A DNA stretch of 64,000 nucleotides from IMG/VR virus record IMGVR_UViG_3300026078_000030, one strand, 5' to 3'. Position 1 is the stretch's first letter. Each line of letters starts with the position of its first letter. This document shows, one piece after another, positions 56,131-64,000 of the stretch. The notes under the pieces were generated by a model, which saw only the letters and a program-made list of their open reading frames with translations, made no database searches and was not told where the DNA came from. This stretch comes from an uncultured virus (IMG/VR IMGVR_UViG_3300026078_000030) (lineage: Duplodnaviria > Heunggongvirae > Uroviricota > Caudoviricetes). A program made the translations under genes and the position numbers.

Positions 56131-57165
56131 TGCGTTGCTCCGGGGGGAGGGTCGATTAGTAAGTCGGCTTTCACGCCGATGTTCTGATCCGGCGCTGTTG
56201 CAGCCGGGGGCGATACTGGCGCCGCCGCAGGCTTGTTGAACATCGCCGGCAAGAGAGAGCCTGCCGCCAGAAGTGCCGGTCCGCCCAGGCCCAGCATGAT
56301 GCCCTTGGCGATCGGACTGGAAAGGAATCCAGAAACAGCCGGTGCGACTCCTGCGCTCGGGCTGGGATTCGATGCAGCGGGAGTCGTCGCCGGCATGTTG
56401 AAGACGTTGCGGGTGATGCCCCCGGATTGATTGCCGGCGGCGTTCAGCGCAGCGTTCATGTATTTGAGTCCCAGGTCTCGCATCTCGCCTACGGAGTCAT
56501 CCCACGACGAGGGAGACTGCGCTTGGCCATTATTTGTGGCTGCCATGTCAGGCTCCTTTGATAAGAGGAAATGTCACCGCACGTTCGGCCATCTTGGCCG
56601 TCAGCTCGGCGCGGCTCTTTTCGGAATCGGCCAGAGCCTGCCTGCCACGGTCGATCAGGGACACGGCGACGGCGATGCTGGCTTGATCGACCGCTGCTGC
56701 TTGCGTGACCTGGATCATCGTTGCCAAGAGTCCAGCCTGAAGTTTGTCGAACTCGGATGCCGCGGTAACGTCCGTCGGGCGAAACTTCGGCAGCGTAAGA
56801 ATTGTCTGTTGTAAACTGCCCACGACGCCCTGAAGCCGGTCGGCGTTGGGCGTCGTGGGATCGAATGTGTCTGACATGGCCGGGGTTCCTTGTCAGAGGC
56901 GTTACTTGGTCACAGCCGTCGGGGTCGCTTCCTGCGCCTGACCGGGCGAACGGGGCGTCACGTCGGCGAACTTCAGGTTCATGCCCTGCTCGGGAATGTT
57001 GGCCTGCAACAGGTTCGACGAAATCGCCGCGCCGATCGAACGGCCGTCCTGCATCAGATTGCCGCGGTTGAGTTCGGTCAGGAACTGCGCGCCGCTGGTC
57101 ATGTCCTTGACCTGCACGCCGAAAGCCTGGTCCAACTGGTTCACAATACTCGGGTCGATAGGCAT
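56127..57165 (-). other. Three small Ala/Gln-rich genes (56127-56546, 56548-56877, 56902-57165)
   Basis: Tandem ORFs with RBS; one has a TM segment. Confidence 0.6.
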
Positions 57166-57225
57166 CTCAAAAACTCCAATTCCGGGGGACGAAAACTATT
57201 CAGGGCTACGCGCCCTGCAAAACAC

Positions 57226-57576
57226 TTACGATTCAGGGGTAGCATCGCCTTGCGGTGCGGAAGGCTTCACTTCGTCGCGATGCAGCAACTCGAAATGATC
57301 GGCTTGCCCATATTCGAGGTCGTACCTGACCTTGCTGAGACTGCCGTCATTGTGCGCGTGAAGCTGGCCCGGCGCAACATTATGTGCTTGTGATGGCAGG
57401 ATTGGCTCGACGAGCACATGGGCCAGCTTGATATTGCAACTCGATGCGCCGGAAGTTACGTCAAGCAATCTGCCAACCAGGACAGCCGGCTTGCCATCGG
57501 CGCCTTTGACGTTGTAGCCGGTTCCCTTAACCAAATCTCCGACGTAGGCCGGAGTTCCATCTTTGTAATGCGGCAT
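57226..57576 (-). CDS. Hypothetical protein
   Basis: HYKDGTPAYVGDLVKG. Confidence 0.65.
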   Translation of the reverse strand: MPHYKDGTPAYVGDLVKGTGYNVKGADGKPAVLVGRLLDVTSGASSCNIKLAHVLVEPILPSQAHNVAPGQLHAHNDGSLSKVRYDLEYGQADHFELLHRDEVKPSAPQGDATPES

Positions 57577-57595
57577 CGCTCACTTTCCTTTCGAT

Positions 57596-58741
57596 TCACG
57601 GGGTATTTGGCGCGATCGTCGCGCCCGACACGTTCAACGGAATCCGGGCCGTTGAACCTGACTTGACGTTCGGGACTTCCCTGATGACCTTGCCGCTGGC
57701 GTTATCGATCAGACGAATGGTTACAATTCCAGGAGGCCCGGCTGGACCCGACATCCCCGGAATGCCTGGAGGCCCTTGCGGACCAGTTTTTCCAGCCGGG
57801 CCAGTTTCCCCTGTCTGGCCTTTTTCTCCGGGGACGCTTGCGCCGGGCTTGATTCCGGCGATCATTCGTTTCAATTCGGAAATCTGCTCTTGTAGAGCCG
57901 AGACGTCGGCCTGTGTCACTCCGGGGGGGCCGGGCTGCGGAGGATCGACATTGTTTGGCGGCGGTGGATTGGCTTCTGGCTGCGGCACGATGTTCGGCTG
58001 CGGCGATGGCCTTGAGTAGACCTTGCGCCCCTTCGGCGGTGCTTCAGCCGGCGGTGGTATCGTCGTCTTGCTGCGCTGCACAATCTTGATCTTGCGGCAT
58101 TTACCACCGAAGCAGTTTGTCCGGTCCTTCTGGGAGAACTTGTACAGGCTCTGGTAGTCGCACGTCAGCATGTACGATGTCGGGTCGTTGCTGGCCGAGA
58201 TCACCCCCACGAGCTTGCCGTTCTGGACGACCGACCCACCGGATGCGCCGTTGCCGAGGGCACCGGACAGCTTGAACTTGAACAGCCTGATCTTTGCTTG
58301 TTCGTCTGCGAAAAACTGGCTGCTGTCGTCAAGATTGCCTTGCACGGAAACGAACTCCGCACCACCGGGAAACCCGGAAATCGTGACGGGGCAATTCTCG
58401 TCGAAAGGCTCGGTTGAAATCGGTATCAGGTCGATGGCTGGAGCGCCTTTGGCGAGCACGGCGAACAGGGCAATGTCCGTCTGGTGGTCGATGTCCAGAA
58501 GCGTCGCGCGCACGTTTGAGCCGTCGAACGCCTCGATGTCGAACTTGCCGCCGATGATGCCCTTGAAGCCGTGCGCGCAGGTAATGCCGTAGATGCAATC
58601 GGTGTCCCGCGCGACGAATTGGCCTGAGCCGACCCGACCGCCGTTGGTGAATATGACCGACGCTTCACGGATGCCGGCTTGGCAGCACGAAGCCACCAAA
58701 ATTATGCCCAGGCATAGCGCGCCATAAGTTTCTCGGATCAT
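57596..58741 (-). CDS. Secreted trypsin-like serine protease with Pro-rich linker and collagen repeats
   Basis: Signal peptide; TCAH, DIALF, GASGG triad motifs; Gly-X-Y run. Confidence 0.8.
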   Translation of the reverse strand: MIRETYGALCLGIILVASCCQAGIREASVIFTNGGRVGSGQFVARDTDCIYGITCAHGFKGIIGGKFDIEAFDGSNVRATLLDIDHQTDIALFAVLAKGAPAIDLIPISTEPFDENCPVTISGFPGGAEFVSVQGNLDDSSQFFADEQAKIRLFKFKLSGALGNGASGGSVVQNGKLVGVISASNDPTSYMLTCDYQSLYKFSQKDRTNCFGGKCRKIKIVQRSKTTIPPPAEAPPKGRKVYSRPSPQPNIVPQPEANPPPPNNVDPPQPGPPGVTQADVSALQEQISELKRMIAGIKPGASVPGEKGQTGETGPAGKTGPQGPPGIPGMSGPAGPPGIVTIRLIDNASGKVIREVPNVKSGSTARIPLNVSGATIAPNTP

Positions 58742-58797
58742 GGTGACACCTTTTCTGCTGACTTTCGACAGGGACACGATTCGGAGTGCAGGGCCGA

Positions 58798-58968
58798 TCA
58801 TCCGCTAGAAATCCTGAATACGAGATAGTCGTGGCCTTCAATTGTTTTCTTATAACAGTCAGGAATTTCGCCAGCGGTGGCGACTCCGGGCGGCCGCGAT
58901 TGGGCGCAGCCGGCGATGGCGAGGCAGAGCAGGAGCAGGGATATGATAATTGAGCCAATTCGGGTCAT
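58798..58968 (-). CDS. 56-aa lipoprotein (absent from the ORF track)
   Basis: MTRIGSIIISLLLLCLAIAG-C lipobox; ATGA overlap with upstream gene. Confidence 0.65.
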   Translation of the reverse strand: MTRIGSIIISLLLLCLAIAGCAQSRPPGVATAGEIPDCYKKTIEGHDYLVFRISSG

Positions 58969-59204
58969 GGCTTTTTCTCCACGGGCGGATCAACCGGCGT
59001 CCGCATTAACGAGCTTTTCAGGACCGCCACCACGGCGATCGCCGCGACCTGAAGACAGTCGCCCTTGAACTGCTCCAGGCTGTAGGAATTGATCTCGGGA
59101 ATGCGGACGATCAGGTAGGCGCCGACAACTGTCCAGGCGACATGCACGTCGCGCTTGAATTCGGCGGGACCGTAGCCGAAGTCTAAGTAGTCTGAGAGCT
59201 TCAT
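58965..59204 (-). CDS. Holin-like 2-TM protein
   Basis: Two hydrophobic segments, charged C-terminus. Confidence 0.5.
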   Translation of the reverse strand: MKLSDYLDFGYGPAEFKRDVHVAWTVVGAYLIVRIPEINSYSLEQFKGDCLQVAAIAVVAVLKSSLMRTPVDPPVEKKP

Positions 59205-59473
59205 TATTGCGTCCCCTTGTGCAGACGCCACGTCGGCGCCTGCGCCTCTAGCGTCGCGATCTTGATGCCGTGCTGGTCCATCTTCGCGTCCCCCTTGTTC
59301 AGCCGATTCCAGACTTCCTTCCGGTCTCGGCTGCAATGTTCGTTTTCCTCGTTGAGCGAACGGATGTCTGACTGCAAATCCCCGAACTTCTTACCGATCC
59401 AGAATGACTGCACGATTGCGGCCACAATGATGCCCGCGATCGTGATGGTGATCTGCAACCACTCTGGATTCAC
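59204..59473 (-). CDS. Holin-like TM plus coiled-coil protein
   Basis: N-terminal TM followed by heptads. Confidence 0.5.
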   Translation of the reverse strand: MNPEWLQITITIAGIIVAAIVQSFWIGKKFGDLQSDIRSLNEENEHCSRDRKEVWNRLNKGDAKMDQHGIKIATLEAQAPTWRLHKGTQ

Positions 59474-60003
59474 AATCGGCCCTCCGTAGCCGGGAGAGCT
59501 GGGAGTTCGGCCCAGTGGGTCACGGCAGATATTTTCTCGCTGAATCCTTCGTCGCTGACCGACCAATGCGGATTTCCATATTCAGCGATCACCTCACCGC
59601 GATAGCGGCTTTCTGGATCGACGTGAATCAAATGACCGAAGCATATGCCGCCATCCGACATCACAAGCATGACTCGTTTTGACCAGCCTCCGGCGACATC
59701 TTCCGGCAGGCGCTCCGTCACCGGAATCCAGCGGATGACAGCGAGATCGTCGCCAACCTCGCCGACCTTCTTCCACGGAATAAACGGGTGATCGGCATCG
59801 CGCTTGACAGAGAGCCACAGCCCAGGCGCAGGCCCAATTGATCTGCCACCACTGGAATAGTCGACGCAAACATTGCGGCCGGGCGTGCCATCTGGGTTTA
59901 GCGGACTCGCCTCCGCTGGCCGCGCCAACCATGCCGAGAGCAACGGCAGGGACGCCAGCCAGGATGCGGCGGAAGCGAAGAAAGAGCGGCGGTTTTCGGC
60001 CAT
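59470..60003 (-). CDS. Tat-like signal fused to a DUF551-like domain
   Basis: NRRSFF...AEA; RWIPVTERLPE...VTHWAELP. Confidence 0.65.
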   Translation of the reverse strand: MAENRRSFFASAASWLASLPLLSAWLARPAEASPLNPDGTPGRNVCVDYSSGGRSIGPAPGLWLSVKRDADHPFIPWKKVGEVGDDLAVIRWIPVTERLPEDVAGGWSKRVMLVMSDGGICFGHLIHVDPESRYRGEVIAEYGNPHWSVSDEGFSEKISAVTHWAELPALPATEGRL

Positions 60004-60167
60004 CGTGGCACCCACGGGAATCTGTCGTAGACTCGACCGGGCTGCCTGAAATGCAATCGCGGTCGCAGGACTGATTCTCAGGCACTCCGAAGAATGCTTG
60101 GGAATCAATCCCCGACCGCTTGCTTTGTGTCGCGCGCGTTGAATATCAGGGCTTGACTATGCCTGTT

Positions 60168-60197
60168 ACTCTAACCAAGTTTCTTAGCGAATGTCAA
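60168..60197 (-). promoter_or_regulatory. Candidate late promoter
   Basis: TTGACA-18-TAGAGT upstream of the lysis/packaging operon. Confidence 0.5.
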
Positions 60198-60204
60198 CGC
60201 CTAA

Positions 60205-60236
60205 ATGCGAAACGCCGCCCATTTCTGAGCGGCGTT
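60205..60236 (-). terminator. Terminator-like hairpin ending the early operon
   Basis: AACGCCGC/GCGGCGTT stem, short U tail. Confidence 0.5.
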
Positions 60237-60439
60237 CTCCATTGAGTTCTACTTGCCAAATTGGGTCTACATCTGCCGGCAGTCGCATCGCGAAGCTCGG
60301 CATTTGCCGGTGACGGGTGGTTCCAGAATTGAAACCCCTGAGCCACCTGATCCCGGCGCTAGGAGAGCATGATGCTCACTACCACATGATTCATTCCTTT
60401 TTCGTGGGACACGCTTTCGCGTTCCTTTCCCAGAGGCGA

Positions 60440-63400
60440 TTATTGGCTCACGCCGCTCGGATTGTCAACGTTAGTTATTGTCAAAACCGCTCGTTTCGAC
60501 GAACGAACCAGCTTATCGCCGATCTTCACTGGCTCGCCTTTGCGGACGAGAATCTTCGCGGGGCGTTTCTTCCGTGCTGTCCGTGCCTTCTGCGCCATAT
60601 TGACGTTCCTTCCGTGATTATTCACTGGCAGGTTGTCTTTCGAGCCATCCGGGCAGAGTCCGAAAATCGCCAGTCCGAAAGGAGGTATGCTGCCGGAGAA
60701 CCGATTTCATATCCAAGGCCATTTTCTAGATGCCTGCTGGTGAACACTCCAAGGATTCGATCGCCTCTGATCTCGGTTACTCGAAACCGATACGTGTTCC
60801 AAGGAGACGCGATCTCGTCGCCGACACGAACGTCCTCGATAGGTATTAGTTCAGACATGATATTGACGTTCCCTCTGTGCGTCCGTGTCAGTCCGACTTC
60901 GCCTTCGCGTAAACGCAGTACGTTTCGTTTATCACGACATGGCCGCGACTCAATCGAATGCCTGCGCCACGAGAGAGGGTGCGCACAACCCGCGCCATCG
61001 CGCCGCTCCTGCGAATTTCAGCGGCCTTGGCCTTCGCCGCCTCTTTGTCGGTGCCGTGTCCACTCTGGTATTTATAGCCATCGCGTTCGGCTTTTCGCCG
61101 TGCCGTATTCTTAGGTGTTTGCCATGCGTACATTTTCGTCCCCAAAAATCCCCGTCAGTCTCGCCGCGATGATGGACGACGGCTACTTCTTCTTGCGATC
61201 ATCGAGTTGATACAGCGCGTCGAGAACGCAGTGCTTGCACCAATGGCCGTTGTTCCAGGTTTTTCCTATGTCGTTCGATGTGCCGGTCATTACCTCGACC
61301 ATGAGAACTTGGCCGCGTTTCTTTATCTCTGTGCCAAGGCGGGATCTCGACGCCGTGCTTCCAGCACATTGGTTTTTCGGCGTGATTTCTTTTCCGCAGC
61401 CGTCGCAAAAATACTTGGTCATTGCCCGTCCTTTCAGTGCGGCCCTCAGCCGCCGTTAGCCATCTCGGCATGGCCTGCGTCGAGGCGGTCGGCGATGGAA
61501 TTAAATCCGCCGAACCACGCAGACCAAGACTCGATTGGAATGTCTGGACTCGTCAAATCTCTGATTTTCTCCGCACACTCCTGCATCGTCTCCCGCAACG
61601 CCTGGATCTCGCGGTCTTTTTCAACCAGCGAATCGCGGATATTGAAATATCGCTCCGATTGCCAAGTGTGACCACCATTCGGTGATTCCAGTGGGGCTTC
61701 GCATTTCCGGCCCTTGGCTTCTGATGAGAATTGCACGCCGCATGAAACGCAGCGTGATGGCCGTTCCGGTATCGGCTCCTGCTCCGCGACGGCGGGAGGC
61801 TTGGTGGCGCGGAAGTCGTCTCCGAACTCTAACCTCAACGCAGTTTCTGCGGCATCGGCAGTAACGAATAATCGAGGATGACCCAGAGGATGTCCGTTTG
61901 TGCCAATGGCAAGGAAGTATGAAGTTGTGGTATCTTTTCGCACATGCGGAATTCCCGCCTCTTGCTGCACCGGCTGGCACGCGGGGAGCGAAGGGAGATT
62001 GCGGATTGTGTTCGCCGCGTGCCGTAATTCACAGACGATCGCTCTTCTGATGTCGCTATTGCCTGGTCCATCGAAAAGGTCGGCCTCGCGATCGCAGACG
62101 GCAGCGCATCGCTCGCGGTCGTCTACCGCCGGCACCGCCGCCGATTGCAGCCGGGCGATCTCGGCCTTCAGCCTCTCGCATTCCATTCGCAGCTCCTGCT
62201 CGTTCGCGACGCTCGCGGCCTGCTGGGCGGCGTAGTGGGCAGTCTCGGAGGCGAGGCGGTCGCGGTCGGTGCGGAGTTCGCGGATTTCTGACAACAGACT
62301 ACCTGCCTGCTTTGGAATGAATCCAAAACTGAAGCGTAAATACTGCTCTACTTTTTCAAGGTCATTCGTCGACATCGTCGTCTCTCCGGGGTCGTGTTGG
62401 GGGTGGGGGTCAGTCGTCAACTTCTGGCCAGCGGTGACTCATAACTTTCTTCAGGTATTCGCCGGCCTTCTTGTAACCGGGATTCTTAGGCTCCCTGCTG
62501 AATCCATAGCCATCGCAAACACCATTGCGATAGGCCGCTTCGCTGTTCAAGTACGCCATGAATGCGAACGCCAAGAACATTGCCAAAACCTCTAGGCCGT
62601 CAATCATGTTCATCCCCCTTTTTCTCCGGCCCGGTCAGCCGTGGTGACGGGTGGCGGGAGTGTGCCGTCCAAAGCTCGATAGAGTGCGAGGCAGCGACTC
62701 TTTGCGTCCGCATTCACGCAATGCCAATATTCCGGCTGGTCCATTACATCGACCAGCTTTGCTCCCCAGTCGATTGGCAGACTCTCAATTGCGTGGCTAA
62801 TGATCTTTGGCCACACGTCCCGTTGCCGTCGCGGCTGATTTTCAGATGCGCAGCCAGAATGTAGAACGGCCGGCGTAGGTCTTCCTCGCGGTGAAGATGT
62901 TCTTCGTTCGCCCGTCGCACTATTTCGTAGGCGTGGCAGGCTGTCTGGGTGATTAGTTCGTCGTGCATAAAAGACCTTTCGTCATTCGCTGTCTTGCTCG
63001 TCTTCGCCGCCGTCCAGTTCACACGCTGGACATTCAACGTCATCGCCCATGTCGCAGGCGTCGCACTTCGTAGACCCGCAACGCGGGCAGTTTTTCAGGT
63101 AATTTGGCTCAGGGCATCCGCAGGCATTGCACGCCGGGAGCTTCGTCTTTGGCTTCGCTGACGGATGGTCCCGTCGCCCGCGTTTCTCGCCGACAATCGC
63201 ATCGAAATATCCCGCTGTCTGGCTCTTCGGGCTCTTTTTTTTGGACATGAGCGTCTGACTCTTTCTTAATGCTGGTTCTGCGGAATGTTTTGCGGCAAGT
63301 ACTTCCGGCTGTCAAAAACAAACCCGGCAACCTCCAGCGGGTCCGTCAGTCGAACAAACGGCTGCCGGAATTCGCTGTCCTCGGGGCGGTCGCTGCCACG

Positions 63401-63953
63401 GTGCACGATTCCGTGCGAGTCGACGTAATCGCCGGCGATCGGGTCGAGGGGGCGGGTTGACATGAGCGTCCTTTCAAAACTGGTTGACCAAAACTCATTG
63501 CTACTTCATCCCGGCCAGTACCTCGATCGCCTCACGTTCTCGTGACAGAGCATTATCCCGCTCCAGCCGAGCGAGCCAAACGGTGTGTTGCTCTTTGGCG
63601 AGCCTCCTCTGCAAATCAGCAATTTCCGCGTCTTTATCGGCGCCGGCCTCGACGACTTCGAGCATCCGGTCCACCTCGGTTTTGATGTCCCGGAGACCGA
63701 TCCGCAGACAATCGTCGCAAAGATGGCATTCGTCGTTCGGTCCACCGTTCCGGTAGACGCACGCACTCACGATCAGAGAATTGCCAATCGACTCCCATGG
63801 GTAATTCCCCTCGATCAGCGGCACTCTCGCGGTCGGCAGATTAGACCCCCATGCTCTGCGCTGTGGCTCAAGGGGTCCACGTTTCTTGCCGCACGTCGCG
63901 CAATACTGCGACTGATTTTTCCGAACGTCCATCCATTTTTCGTCGACGGGCAT
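60440..63953 (-). other. Array of small early hypothetical genes, several with CxxC pairs
   Basis: Tightly packed minus-strand ORFs. Confidence 0.65.
63266..63463 (-). CDS. 65-aa hypothetical protein (duplicated at window start)
   Basis: Repeat with 1-164; RBS GAAAGGA on both copies. Confidence 0.7.
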   Translation of the reverse strand: MSTRPLDPIAGDYVDSHGIVHRGSDRPEDSEFRQPFVRLTDPLEVAGFVFDSRKYLPQNIPQNQH

Positions 63954-64000
63954 GATCCAATAACTCCCAAATGGTCTGCGAATAACTAAACGTCAGTCGA

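Larger units (their letters stand above)
1..64000. mobile_element. Temperate tailed phage (siphovirus-like), near-complete and circularly permuted; probable Planctomycetota host
   Basis: Terminase, portal, Clp protease, major capsid, tail, tape measure, integrase, replication/recombination and lysis modules all present; no host housekeeping genes. Confidence 0.93.

Noticed and set aside
60240..60435. Riboswitch in the early/late intergenic gap
   Set aside because: Hairpins are present (ACGC-GAAA-GCGT) but match no riboswitch consensus I recognise
1..64000. Stop-codon reassignment
   Set aside because: Core genes are full length under the standard code and use all three stops

Overview
The window is a near-complete, circularly permuted temperate siphovirus-type phage genome with an HK97-like head, a cos-type HNH/terS/terL packaging module and a tyrosine integrase. 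Almost all genes are on the minus strand. The host is probably a Planctomycetota bacterium (inferred from a planctomycete-style prepilin protein and a csrA homolog). Layout: early/replication/DNA-modification genes 0-20 kb; switch, tRNA-Met, candidate attP and integrase 20-22 kb; morons 22-28 kb; tail and head 28-50 kb; extra structural and lysis genes 50-60 kb; early genes 60-64 kb. Best hidden signals: (1) a structured RNA at 20636-20698 whose unpaired segments are complementary to boxes at two distant terminators, one heading the early operon and one upstream of a phage-encoded pseudopilin gene, suggesting a C4/CI-like antisense switch; no CI-type repressor with a peptidase domain was recognised; (2) two transposase-less cassettes with TIRs and 8-bp target duplications, one carrying a DNA adenine methylase and one an RHH regulator that splits a gene; (3) a two-frame C5 methyltransferase whose C-termini appear swapped by one extra G; (4) a lysis region with a secreted trypsin-like protease and no recognisable murein hydrolase. 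All family names come from motif recognition by eye, not from database searches.
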